Of a DNA stretch of 64,000 bases, positions 39,901-54,900 are shown piece after piece. The notes beneath the pieces are model-generated. The model searched no databases. It saw only the letters and a list, made by a program, of their open reading frames with translations, and was not told the DNA's origin. Position 1 is the stretch's first letter; every line of letters begins with the position of its first letter. Location of the stretch: NCBI GenBank assembly GCA_002633005.1, contig NMRA01000290.1, positions 329,943-393,942 on the forward strand, in the 5' to 3' direction. The translations under genes and the position numbers were made by a program. This DNA comes from Phoronis australis. Lineage: Eukaryota > Animalia > Phoronida.

Positions 39901-42900
39901 AACATCATATCTTCGAAATGAATACTTGGATTCATATTAAACTTTCTCATACAGTGCTTTATGCACTGTTCTTCAAAAGGCTAGTATGAATTGTACTCAG
40001 AATGTTCCACTTTTGAATGAGGGTCTATCAAACAGTAGGACTCAAATGATTTGATGAAAAAAAATCAGAAGTTGCATAAAACAAATGAAATGATTATTAT
40101 AAAAATGAAACAGAGAATTTCAGAGATTTCATCTTGAATAATTCTATCAAACCTTGATACCTTTGTTTTGCAAAATTTATTAACAAGAGCAACGCGGAGC
40201 GTTGAAATGCGCCCACAATTGCACCGCATACGGTATCCTTCTAGGGTTATTTATTGGTACCATAAAGTGGCCAGTAGAGGGCATACTTTGCAAAATGGAA
40301 AGGCATGGTCATTGTCTCCTCAATAGGCTAGGGGCAAAATGTGAGTAATCTTCATAATACAAGCACATCCTATACACCAGTTGCTTAAAGCACCACAGAA
40401 ACATAGAATTAAAAACAAATTTACCANTTATTTTCATAAAATGTACACTCAATTAGATAGATATTAAGCTAAATACTGATGCCAGTCAATAATGTCCCAC
40501 ATAAACATATCACGATACTTGTCACTTTTCATAAAATTGGCATACGATACACTTTGTAGTCAAAGCAGTAGGACTCAGGGTCTGTTTAGTGCAAGACACT
40601 TCATGAGACGCTTATGGCCAGAAATATTGAGTCAAGGAAAATCATCACGCTAACAGCTTTTAACATTCCAGTCTCACCAACCAAACACTCTAGCAACAGC
40701 CATTATGGTAGGGAACGCCTTGTAAAGCCGCAATCGTTTTCAAAAAATACTAGCATTTCACTCGCATGATATTGCCTGATTACAAAAGTGTAGTAAGAAA
40801 CTCATCTCACAAAATGCACAGCTGATGTGTGCTGCATGGATGAAGACCAAACAAACAGACTGACAGTTGAGGACAAGCACATTTGCGAGCATTGTTATTA
40901 CTATAAAAACCTCCAGTTAAGGTGGAAATAAAATTACTCTGTAGCAGTTACACAATGTAACAAATATAAAATATCTACAGTAGTTTAACTTTCATTTTCG
41001 GATATGCAAAAAAGGTATAAGAGGTTAGTGCAGATAGAACTACTTAATAATAAAAAATCTCAATTTACTACAGCTGGTTTTGACAACTTGCTTCATTACC
41101 TGGGACAGGTTCTGGTTTCATCGCATCCTTCACATCATCGTCTTCAAAGAAATTTTCTTCAGGAACCTTTAGTGACATAAAACGATTCAAATTTCTCCTT
41201 TAAATAATCGTAACATTACACCGCTTGCTTTGACATAAAACCATATCATGATCATCTTCATTGTTTGAACAACCACACTATACTTCAAAAAATGTATAAG
41301 TCTGTATCAACTACTCCTTCATCAGCCATCAGGCTCACGGGACGGGCTGCTAACACAAGCTTTTGTAGCATAAGCGGGTGAAAGTCTCAACATTCCCTGG
41401 ATGGGGCACAAGTCTACCACTGACTATACCTCGGTCGACACAGGCACTTCCTTTTACAACTGAGTTGAGCAACATCGCCCAAGATAGGAACTCTTTACCT
41501 ATTGGTTAAGAGCGTACTACTCTTAATAACTGAACTATGAATGAAAAAATTATTAACTGCATAGTCAAGCGTTTTATCAAAATCTTGCTGATATAAAGTT
41601 TTTTGAACATCTGTATTGTTAGCGACCTTAACTCAAACTATTATCATTTAGAGGACTTTATGTTCTCAAACTGACACTAATTGGCTATTTTACAGATAAA
41701 CAAAAAGTACAGTGATCCGAATCCAGAGTAGAGAGAGCATCCCCTCCCTTGTCACCTGATGATTGGTCAACGTAACTTATTTTGTCAACTATGACAGGCA
41801 ATTTCCCACAATCCCCTACACACACAATGTATTCATCTCTCCGTAAACAGGATTACTGTTGCAAATGCACCACCACCACATGTACCAACCTCAACATTAG
41901 GTCTGTCGTAAAATATTTTCAAGTATCTCTGGAACGCCGTTTCCTTCGTTGCCTTGGTCGCTTTCGGTTTCTTCGACGCTACTAGCTGACCTTGCTTGAT
42001 TTGGCGCAACTCTTCATCACGAGCTTGCAGCAAAGCAAACATCTGAAATAATTATGAAATGACGAATTTGTCACTTAGAAGGCATGTCTAGTGTAACACC
42101 ACTTTTAAACACGCGTGTTTGGTTGCATGCCCTTAACCCAAGTCATACAAGGGTATTTCTTAAAAACCACACAATCATTTGCAGAAAGTTTCAATTTTCA
42201 AAATGCCTGTTATTGACAAATAGTATTTTCCATAATCTTGTTTTTATTTTCAGGACAAAGTGCTAAGAGTAAAAACAGTGACATAAAACAGTGACATTCC
42301 TCAATCGATGACAAACTCCCCAAATATCACTGAAAATTAATACTTTCACAGTTGGATGATATTTTATCTCATAATAGCATTTTCATAATTTATCGGTAAT
42401 TTCCATGACTTACTATCAACAAAATGATCTGTGGTTATAAATGGTGGACAAGGTCCCTTAAATTTCAGGAAAATGTTGACAATAATTCAAATTTTAATGT
42501 CCGAGTTTAGGAAACTTTAATGAAAAACGAAAACATGCAACTCAAAATAAGGTTCAGTGCATTTAAAAAACATTATAATTAAAACATTTTTGCATTATTA
42601 AGAAAAGCAGAGTAATTATGAAAAGTCAGCCATGTGGGTACCAATTTTTTATTTAGTGGACTACAGAAAATATAGTAAAAAAATAAATAGACAAAAAAAT
42701 CAAGATTCTACCTTAGCTGTAACCAGAAAATAAATTGATTAATGAACAGGGCATGCTATTCCTCACTGCCCGTTAACAACACATTATCATTTCAACAAAG
42801 TAACGAGCTAAATGTTTCAGGAAAATCTACCAAGATACTCAAGATCATAAGATGTAAGACCTTATCTCTCAACTTCTGTTCCCTCATAACTTCTTCCGTT

Positions 42901-45900
42901 TCTTCAGCACTGAGAACATCCACAAAGTGCGTGTACCTAAAATGATGGATCAAGAAATCACTTACCACGAAGCACTTAATCGTGATTACATAACTATAAC
43001 TGTAGTTGCCACGGAAACAACAAAATTAATTAATTATTCAACAGATTCTGAACAATTGCCGCTGGGAAGAAGTGCAATATCCGATGAGCTGAATGAAGTG
43101 TATTATTTCCAATCATGGCTATTGAGTATGATTAGAATACTCTTAATGTTTGGCGAAACACCAGTAAAATGAAACATTAGAAATATTACATTGATTTTAG
43201 TTCTGTATAAATTGGTGCCGGTCTTGGAAAATGCACTGCAGGAAACGAGAAACTGGAGTGCAATGAATCGCATGCAGGTGTTGATAGAGTTGAGCGTAGA
43301 ACAGAACAGAATCATCCATCTCTCTCAGGTAGAGCTATCTATGCCAGTTGTTCAAACAGTGGAAAACAATGAGAAAATGAAAACAAAATCATGCCTGAAT
43401 TTGAAATTGGCAACTACTAGAGAAAAATAAGCCTACAAGTACACAGACACGATTTTTAAGAAATGAGATGATGCTCAAGAGATCCTTAAAGTTCCATGCA
43501 ATGACATTTTGAAACCCACCATTTTGGAATATCTTTTGGGGTGTAATCCTTTGTCTTGCTTTTTAATAAAGCGAGTTAGCAAATAATATACACATGATAA
43601 AAATGGACCAAACTCGGTTCATGGATTGCTTCAACGGGAAGATCCGCCACTGCCTACTGGATAAATTTCAGTTTAAAGTTTGATTTGACCTAATTAGTAC
43701 CACGTGAATCTTTAACAGCTTCCAGAAATGTGCGCTTAGTCAAGACAAATAAGGCTCTATTGATGGCATGTATTTAATCATTTACAAATTTAGACAAAAG
43801 CTCATTGTTCAACTATTCAGATAAACCTATCATGGAAAACTAAATAACCTTTCAATGTATACATCTTAAACAGCACAGAATCTTACGCTTGTAATTAACT
43901 TACATTTTCCAAAAAAAAATTCACGCTTTAAATTTAATTTAATGCGAACTGGGCCAACTGTTGTCAACGAAATTCAACAGATGGCATAGTTGCAAATGCA
44001 CCCTCCACCACAATGTTGCATGTAAGCACAAGCACGCACCAAGCAACACTTGGGTTCCCCTGGACACACAGTTCACTGCCACAATAAGGAATGCTGAATA
44101 TTAGTAACCTCTCTGTGAGTTCATATACCGCATGTGCTTCCCACAACCACTGAATGTGCAATGTTCAATGACCAACATCCATTATGACCAAAGAAGAAAT
44201 TGAAAGAAATGTGACTAAAGCACAATTTGAATGAAATTATACATCACTGATGTTAAAATGCAACCGAGAAGAAAAGTAAAACAGGGTCAAAAATACCATA
44301 TCCTAGATGCTGAGATTTCTGCAAGATGCTCAACAAATAATAATGGGATACAGATGGAAGCCCAATGACGATGGACATCTCCTTGCAATAATGTCTTCCT
44401 TCATGATCTCATTTGCAGTTTTGCAAGTGAAAAGTCTGACTTTCAAATGCAACCAACATTCCAACTTAAGTTGAAACTGGTTCAATTTTCATGTTGCTTG
44501 AATGTGCAATCAAGTTTTCCAAGGTCTTCCCCAAGAGATATTTGACTAAGCCAGATGACCATAGGTGTCTAATGTCCAAGCGAGGTACTTCATCTCCAAG
44601 AGAATCTACGCCGCAGTATCCAAAAATATATCGTTCACAGTTTACGACCTATTAGAGTTCAGTCATTGTTAAATGGCTCTGCCTGTAAACATGCAAACAC
44701 GTCATAAAGAGTAGGGTATGTAGAAATACCCTGGCTTATACCTGAACCTAAAACATACACCACATAGTCCAAAGTAGACTGCAAGCAGCAAACAGAAGCA
44801 AAACCAGTTGAAGAAGTGGAAATGAAGCTGAAGCTAGGGAAACCAAAGAGATATATACATAGTGGACAGTTGAACAAGTCAGGGATCATAAGTACACAAC
44901 GGCCCAACACCACCAAGCCATGTCAGAAACTGCCATCATAACTGTTTAGCATATTGGCCTTATCCTGTCTGTGGGAGCAATGTCAGAGGCTAGTTCCGCA
45001 TTCTGAGCACGAGTGCAGAATGCACAATTAAGTCTCTTTGTAAGTAAGAGAAACTGATAAAATTGTGGAAAATTTAGTGGTACAACTCTAACAGAAAACG
45101 AGCATAACTTTTTGATAGACACCCTCCTCTGTCTTTCAGACGTGCTAAGTTTCCTTTCCAAACAAATAATTCCCCGACTTTTTCAGGAAATTTAAAAGCC
45201 ATACAGCAGCAGTCCGCTTTCCCTCAGTGTTTGCAAAAGTCAGTCAATCAGATTTACAGATTGTGATCAACAGAAAGCCACGGCATGCTTAAACAAATAC
45301 TAAAAAGTAAGCACAACTGTTCGGAGCTTTGAAACCAAATCGCAGTTCTGACAATGGCCGGTGACATGGCGAAAGTCTGCATCATTTACCTAGAGTCATG
45401 TCTATATCTGTAAGAGACGTGTATTAGATGTTTAGTAAACAACAACAACTGATTAGGGCAACTCAAATTCAATATATTACCCACAATAAGGAACTCAAAC
45501 TCACTGGGTGGCACCAGCTGAGACACGGACCAATTAAATGCATGCATTCAAGTTGTCACATGAGAATCCCATCTTGCCTATATCCCTGCCACGGTGTATA
45601 GATTTCAGTTTTCCATTTACTTAGAAAATAAAATGAAGATTTGTTTTTGTAAGCGCCACCTAGTGAATACAGCAAAATCTCACAAATTTCAGACAAAAAT
45701 GAAAGCCAAAGTGACGCATTTTCCTTATTCAAAGGCTTCTAACATAACTGTGAATGTCCACAACTTCTTAAGACATGGTCTGATAATACACAATGAATCT
45801 TAATTTTTTATTTTCCATTTTTAAATGAATTCGTTGAAAATAGTGTACACACAAAAATAACATGTTTATGATTGAAGTTCATTTGATAATTTTGAATTTT

Positions 45901-48900
45901 TTTCTGAACATTTTGTTCAATCTTTTTTGGTTAAAATTAAGCTTTTCGAAATCCGATAAACTGACTCTGTTGTCAACATGTTGCAACTAAAGAGAATAGA
46001 GAGGCAAGGTCTGACATAACTGTACTAGGAAGTCGATCTTATTTAAATAGGGAAAATCTCATTTTGTACCGAACTGGAATGTAACGTGACGCAAATGAAA
46101 AATATCCAGATATTTTAAAAAAAAATGGCTTGGTACGAAAGACTATCACTTTCTAAGCACATACCTGTCTTTGCTTTGAAAAACCAACAAACGAGATTTT
46201 GGTAATTGGCAATTAAAAATTTGTGTGTAATGTAACGCAAATTTGCGTGCGTGATATAACGCAAAAATGCGTCACCTTACGCACTAGTGCGTAACGTAAC
46301 GCAAAGATGCGTAATATCACGCATTTTTTTTCGTAATATGACGCACTTTTGCTTCATATTACTGGATTGTGCTTTACCGTTGAAATCTCGGATGCCGTAA
46401 TGTGGAGTTCAGTTAGGGTAGATTGGATTTCACCATATTGGTCCTAACTCTTGCCATTTCTAATGACATTGGTTCGAAAGTTGTAAATGGAAATTCACCT
46501 GGTCCAGTTAAACNGCAATTAAAAATTTGTGTGTAATGGTAACGCAAATTTGCGTGCGTGATATAACGCAAAAATGCGTCACCTTACGCACTAGTGCGTA
46601 ACGTAACGCAAAGATGCGTAATATCACGCTTTTTTTTTCGTAATATGACGCACTTTTGCTTCATATTACTGGATTGTGCTTTACCGTTGAAATCTCGGAT
46701 GCCGTAATGTGGAGTTCAGTTAGGGTAGATTGGATTTCACCATATTGGTCCTAACTCTTGCCATTTCTAATGACATTGGTTCGAAAGTTGTAAATGGAAA
46801 TTCACCTGGTCCAGTTAAACATTGTTTTAGAAAAAGCATGGTTAGTATGTAACTCTATGGTTCCCAGATGCTGTGGCATTTCATTCACATTTTAAAAACT
46901 ACTAGTTACTTTTGTTGAATTTTGTCAGTTTGAAAAATGTGTTGGAGTAAGTGAGTAGGTCACTGCCATATTGTTTATCTCAAATTTGGCATAGCTGCTA
47001 GCTGTGTGACGTAATCGCTTCCCGCCCCTATCCACTGTCTAACACGAACAAGATGTCAGTTAACAAACACAACCACTTCAAAATAGGTTTCAATGGTTAG
47101 TGACACCAGTGGTCTGACATAGCACTGTGTTACATGCCAAGTTGGCATAATGTCCTTACTTGAATGAGGAATGGGCAGCCTTGAGCCTTTTTGTGTCCCA
47201 GTTGGACATTTTGGCCAAGATCTTCTCATCATAGGGCAGGGATTTCTCTACCTCTCCACTGGTCAGTCTCATCATGGCTTTACGGTTCAGGTAGACACGT
47301 GGCAAGTCTGGAAATTTTATTATTAAATGATTTGGTATAATTGATTATGGCACCCTTATGTCACTATAATAAATGAATAATAATAATAATAATCATGGTG
47401 GTTTAAATCCACCAGTCGTCAATATGCCCACGTGAATATGGTGACAGTAAATACAAACCACGTAGGAAATTAATTGGAATTTTCAATGCCAGGAATCAAT
47501 TCAGTAAATGTTTGGTTGAATTGCCTAGACTAAACCACTGAACCATGCCCAAACTGCCATACTGGGAAGTCTTTATCACGACTTCCGAGATTCATTTCGT
47601 TTTACTTAATTATTCACATCACCTTACTGTGTTACACATTGATGTTAACAAAATACACTCAAACTTATATAGACAGTCAGAGTACTACTTACAGTTAGCG
47701 TGTGATATCATGTGTACATGGTTGCCAATGGCGACAAGTATGTCACCAGCATTGCTGCAGAAAGCTACGCAGTTGGGACTGGCATTCAGTTTGATACATC
47801 TGCAACAGAACATTTATACTGATAGTGAACACCATTTCCCACCAAAAATGGCTTAAAGGTATATTCAGTGCCGTTTAGTAACATGACTGTCATCTTGGAC
47901 ATCTTGTTTCACAAGTACGTCCTCTTTCACACATACGTCCTGTTTCACACGTATGTCGACAGTGTCGAATGTTTTGATGTAATTTTGAAATAGCCACAAA
48001 AATTTAAATAAGGCAAGTTAAAACTTTTTGTTTTCTGTCTGTGGCTGGAATGGAGCTCAGAGGGGTTATTTTTGGTTTAATAACCTCTTCCTTCTTATTT
48101 TAACTGACATTGAAGTGAGCTAACTTCGACCTGTCAAATCAGAGCTGAATTACTGCAACCAATATAGCTACATGACAATGCATTCGGTTTAATTACTGCT
48201 GTCAAATGTTAAACATTCACTGTTACATTGCGAGGTACAAAGAAGAATTGACTATCACACAGAAACTTCTAGCATAGCGTTTGGCTCTCTTCAACATTCA
48301 ACACCATCCTCTTGTCATACACACACTTCTAATGAATGTCTCTAAGAAAACAATCACGCAGCAGCTTAACATCTATAAACTATTAGCAACAACTGAGGAC
48401 AAAGAACGGTTTCAAATGAACAGGAACAAGAGTTCCTGGTAAATCCTAGTTACCAGCATATCATCATCATCATGACTCACCTCACTAGCTTGTTATTTTC
48501 ATCCCAAACACGTATTGTTCCATCGTGGCTGCTCGATGCAAACAGTTTCATCTTGTTACAACAGTCTAGTCCCGTCATAGAGTCTGTGTGGTCATTGTCA
48601 GGTGTGTGGTCACTGCGGTCTGAATATAATAAAAAATAGTAAATAACAATTACAGTCACAATGACAATGATAATAGGAAGAATAGTAATCATAATAACGT
48701 AGGGAAAATTGTAATGTTGAACTTACACATCGAGCATTTTCACACGTTCTCACTTTACTCATTACAAAATACTGCCAGACGTTTCATAAAAAACTAACAA
48801 ACATTTTGTGAAAGCCACCCAATTAAATTGAATTATACCAAACATTATTAAAAGGATCCAATCTGTGTTCAGATAGGGCAATCTACTTACTCCTTGTTTT

Positions 48901-51900
48901 CAAGTTGTACGTAACTATATTATATGTAGCAGACGGTGGATCTTGGAAAGCGACAGCAAGTTTACTCTTCAGCACAGTCATATGCACGGGCGTATGAGCA
49001 CAGTAGAATGACATCAGGGGATTTAGGGTCTCTTCAGCAAATGGGAAAACACGCCAGATCTTAATGATGTTGTCTACAGAGAAAAGTGGATACATTATAA
49101 GTGTGCGAGGTAACAACAGTTTCAAAAGGTAACCACTGGGATAAGCAGAACAAAACTGAATGTGTAGAAGTCCAAATTTCAAACTAATCTCATTTAACAA
49201 AAGACAAGAAACAATGTGAACGCCATCATCAACACAAAAGTCAGTATGTAGATTGAACTCTGCTGATGATGTCATTGGTTCACCTCAATATTCCATCACA
49301 CACACACACACTAGTCAAACAACACATTACACTTAGTCTAGTAAAAGTAGCACTTGGTTCCATCTCAGCCCTAGTCAACATTGGTACACTGTCCCTGTGT
49401 GTATATCCCTAACTACCCTAACCCATGCCTCTTGACACCCAAAATACATAGCCCTTATGTTCCTATGTCCCATCACCCAGAAATCCCACCCTCTATTACA
49501 TTTATTGCATGCCTTTCTATTACGTCCAGCCTCATCCAGCATCTCTGTCCCTAAACCCAAACTTACAGAGATCAGTGTTCATTACTCACCTCGTCCACTG
49601 CTTATCAACTGGTCATCCTTAGTGTTGGCCACCATTCCCAGCAAACCTTTACCACCATGGGCCTGGTAAAATGGATAAAAATATCAACTATGATTACTCT
49701 TGAAAAACTCCTACAAATAACGCTATGATCATAAAATGCAACACATTGATGAGGTATCAATAACAGACTGTTTACACTGTCTGGTACAATTGTCATGGCT
49801 GTCAATAACATTTTTTCATTTGTTCAGATGTCCAAAAGTCAAAGCTAAGGCAATACTAGTTTGCGATTGTGCAAAATGTAAATGAGTGTCTGTGGTTTAT
49901 AAGAACTGTTATAAAATCTAAGCTTCTTACACCAGCTTCAAAATCTTAAAATGACAGGGTTTTATTTAAATCATCATGAAGAACATCTAAAGTATTTATA
50001 AGTCAAAGAAATATAATTCTCAAAATCATAGGTCTGGCTGTAACCACTTCAATCCAACATTAACTGAATGTTGACATCAATGTCACCATGGCAAGGAAAT
50101 TTTAAAGTCTAGTTTGATAAGATTTAGTAGAATATTTTAATTTCATGTAAAAAACCTTATTTTTAAGTAGGACTTTATAGACAATGGTATGCACTTAGTC
50201 AAATGTCTACAAAACATTTTCTGAAAGTGGAAATCCAGAAGAATTTGATCATCCACTCTCCACAAAACAAAATTTGAAGTTCCTTGGAAAATAAAAATCT
50301 GTCATTAATTGGGTCAGGTAACCATGCCTTTTCAGTAACATTAACCAACCATTACATTAAAGGTACAGTAATCATACCAAAAAAGGTATCAAAAACATGG
50401 ACAAATTAAGGTTCATATAAACGCTCAAGAAAAAATCTCAAAAACACTACAATTTTCTAAATTATCACTTTGTTTTCATTTTTTTACAACTCGAGTTCTA
50501 CATAAAATTCTTCAGAGTCACAATTTTTATAGATTCTATGCCAAAGTGGAACACTCTAAAACAATCTCTAACAGTGCATCTGAGAACAGTGCATAAAATC
50601 CAGCACTTGAAAGTTTCATTGGAATTTGAGCAGCCACTTCTGAGATATGATGTCATGAAGCTAGCTAAACTTGGTCATTTTCAGGGCATAAGGTGGAAAA
50701 GATATCCGGCTTCAAACAAACTTGCAAAACTCATGCTCACCTCAATTTTGAACTCTATATTACCAGTCAGCCAATTGAGTACGCATATGTAACCATCCTT
50801 TCTCGCCGCCAATAAGATGGACTTGTTAGCATTGCGCTGCGGCGCAGTGGCTGCCTGCTGTATTTGACTGGCAGCAATTGCCTTGGTAACGGCGTTCCAA
50901 GCACTGCCTTCCGACAGTGACAGGACGTATTCATACATCAATAGCTTGTCGTACAATACTAGAAGGACAAGAACCAAAATGTCATAAAACAGTTGCGTAT
51001 GGAACAACAGCAACACTAACACTAAGAGATGTTCTGACACACATTCTAAAAATCTCTTTGATGCCAAATACCTGCTTCTCAATGTAAAAGATATAATATT
51101 TTGAATCAGACCCATTACTGCTACAAAACTGGTTTCAAATTGGTCCTTGGAAAGGTTAGGCATGACTTCGACCAATAAGTAGGGCATGTAAATCAACAAT
51201 GTTCACCATCCCAAAACAATATGGCTGTCAGCCAGAAGGGGAACACACCAAATCCATTACGGGCCACTAACGTTAAATGACCTCAACTGTATTTTTTAAC
51301 ATTTTTGTGTACCCACCTCATTCAAACAGGCAAATAAATTATGCTGTTGAAACAAAAATCATCTGAGTTAAGCCAGATTTATGAAGCACTTCTTTTTCGA
51401 ATGTTGTATAAGAGCTAAGGAACTTTTATGGGACATCTTGATATTCCACTACAGACAACATCAGTCAACAAAGTACCTCTTTCTCAGTTTCTCCAGGTGA
51501 AGCTATTATCCTTATTCTACAACTCTCATTTGAGAAACTTTGATAAGCAGATTGAAAATTCAAGGAAAAACGTTACCAATCATCCTAGGATATTTCAAGC
51601 GATTCAAAAAGCAATCAAATACAAAGACAAGCACAATTACTGCCAGAAAACACTCAACTTTGTTGAAATAAAAGATCAGAATGATTGACAAGGTGAAGCA
51701 AGCACGAAGTAAGCAAAATCTAAGTAACTTCCAGACAGACAAACATAAGAAAGTGTCTTCAGTCTTATTCAGATCCTCAACCACACATTCAATTATTAAG
51801 TAATTGGTTCTCTTCAATACCAAAGATCAGATCTTCTTAATCAGTAGTAGTAGATACAAAAAAAAATTACATTTCTAAAATCCTTTATGATAACATAACT

Positions 51901-54900
51901 GTATTATGTGCACAAAACCAATGCCCAATTACATGACACTGGATCTTTTTCTTAGACATGATTTTTCAGTGAGATCGTCATATTTTCCACAAACACGAAC
52001 TATTTTGCACAAAACCTGCAAACTCTGTTTCTTTTCTCTAAGCTTGTCTGGGATTTTCTTTCTAGGCCTTTTAGCCCAAGAGCTCGTGTGTTAAAAATTA
52101 AGACTTTTGTTTTTTACTTAAAACAATATTTAAGAAATTAAATCCTTGGCAACGAAGGTAGCCAATTACTTTAAACCAAAACTTACAGAGACTGCAAATA
52201 ATGCAATAAGTTTCTGTCCATTTTTTCATGACTCTTTCTTGTGCCTCAGTATCATTGATAACTAGATGTGATGCATCAAGTCACTACACGTTTTAATAAT
52301 ATTACTGCTGCATTTTGAGATGTTCAAAATAAATTGTAATGTATTCAATAAGAAACACAGGGATACAAGCTCCGCAAACGGGATAAACAAATTACCTAAG
52401 TCTGGAGAACCTGAAATAAGGAGAAACACTGAGATGGTAGAGCTGAGCACAAAACCATGCCACGACAGGATGAAAAAAAACTCATTATTCTGTAAATGTC
52501 CAGTACTCTTTGACAGTGTTTTCCCCCAAAAATTACACCTTCTTTCTGGAATAAGAGGTGATCCTACCATAGTATTTTCTGGAAAATTTGGCCCTGATAT
52601 AAGTTTATTTTTGCAGTAAAACTTGTAACCCAAATTTGGCAAACAAAAACCCTTTAACTATATTTTTGTAAATAAGTAACCCTAATCATTGTTACATGTC
52701 AGTGAGACAGCCCCAGTTTTAAGGAAATATTTGTGTTGAGGGTCTTAACAGGTTGATAACAATAGGCTATAAAGCAGATCATTGCTGGGCAAATGGTGCT
52801 ACGTTATGAGCCTCAAAAACATCAAGAAAAAGACGGATAACTTACATGATTCATCATTACACTTCCACTCATCCAAGAACACACACGGATTGTTGTCTGT
52901 GCGATATTTCAGAATATTCCCATTACTGAGCGAGGCAAACAAGATATCTGGAATGCAAGCAATCAAGTACTCAGAACAACAGGGAACTATGACACTGTAG
53001 CCACAACTGATAATCAAAAGTGAGCACCAATTGAATACCACATTACTTAAATTTTGCCCATTATAAAAAAAATTCCTAAATTTTGACTGGGCATGCGAAT
53101 CACAATACAATGAGGTAAAAACATTGGGAAGCACTCAGTCAAAAGACTAAATTAAATATATAATCAACAGCACAACATCTGGAACATCACAAATACAATT
53201 CAATGTTAATTTCATCTACCGTAACTCAGGGACAAGTCGTATCCTAGTAAAACGTAGCAACTTCATGTTACCTTCTTCAATAGCGTATGCGACATCTACA
53301 ACAGTATATCGCTTGGGATTGAGTAACATCGTGGTAAGCACATTCCCTGACACTGGGTTGATGATTCTGACACTAGAATCTTTACAGAGCAGCACACAGC
53401 GGTAGGGGAAGTCGGGGTGAATGGTCATTTTCATCTGTTTAACTTTGTGTCTGAAACCAACAAGATACCACAGTAAGTACCACCCTGACTGCAGTGTCAA
53501 AGAAACGTGTAAAGGACCGCACAAGTATTTATGACACAAATCTTACAAGTTAATCAAGGTGCTAACACAGAACATTCACGTGTGGTGAAAAAATACTTCT
53601 AACCGTTAGTTTGTATGATTTTAATTTCCTTCCATTCTTGGTTTCAGTGAGTGATATGAACACTAATTCACTGACCAAAAAATAATGAAACTTCGGTGCT
53701 TTAAATATAGTCCTTAAGACAGCTTTCAATTGCATCATCTACTTTCAAATTGATTCTTTAATTATATCATTTCTCAGTAATAACAGTTACTGTAAACAAT
53801 CAAATGATACTCTGATTTTAAAAACAGAATCAAATGCTTCAGTCAAATCTATGCGCTCACCCAATGCTAGTATGTAATTCATGCACATGCTTGACTCTCC
53901 ACAGGTCTATTGAATCCACAGTGTATGTGTAGAAGTCATCAACATGGACCAGCGTACCCATACCTTCAATAGGTTCTTCAGTCTCCACCCTAAAAAAAGC
54001 CTCACTGATATATGCGAACACTGATCTATTGAATAATCATCCATCACAGGACTTAATCTCGTATATCAAATTTCTTTCAAAAAGATTTAAGTATTAAGCA
54101 AGCTTGGCACTATCCAGCCACTTTGTGTGAAGATGCTGTACGGACAAGATAATGAAACAGTGAATAATAAAGTCTCAATAGTTATTCTTAACATCGAAAT
54201 TTACGAATCAAATGTGACGCCGGTACTACATTGTAAGAAAAGTTCTCCCTTAAAAGGAGAGAACATTTCTGTTAAACTTATTTTACTTCACATTTTAGAT
54301 TCTTTAATTAATAACAAAATACCGCAGTAGTTAAACTTTTGTCATGACAACACTTATTTAAAAAACAACATGGAGGTGATTATGTAAATCTTAAAATGTA
54401 AATATTCAGAACTGTCACATATTTATTTAGTTAGAAAAAGGAAGAAAAATATCTCAAGGAAGATTCGAGTGCTTTGTAGCACTGTAAACATTGCATTAAA
54501 CAATTTGGGCAACACAACAAGGAAAAGATATAATTGCAGATTACAACAATTTTGGCAGTACGTAAGTCTCTACTAAGAACAATATAATTGGCTTCATGCA
54601 ATAATATGTAAGAAAGTGTGTATTTTTGTGAGCATGCAGTTTTCTCCAGTATGTGCAAAGACAAAGTGATCATTTACAATTAAATGTGAGCTATGCAACT
54701 ATTTTTGGCCAAGCAACCAACTTCGTATACAGCTCAGGTTTATACGAAATACCAAACTCAGAATAGCCATTCTTTCTCCACCACGAATTGCACTGACGTT
54801 CTCATCACCTGCATTCCTTTCTTATACTAATTTATTTACGCAACACAATTCTTGGCATTTTATAAAAGAATTGCGATTGTGAGAAAAGAACGCAGCTAGT

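Noticed and set aside
46209-46820. 305-bp tandem duplication as a biological event
   Set aside because: The copies abut a single N and are almost identical, typical of unmerged contig overlap
52262-52642. 126-aa ORF and other 60-125 aa intronic ORFs in the track
   Set aside because: No recognisable domain, composition typical of translated AT-rich intron, and not part of the exon phase chain
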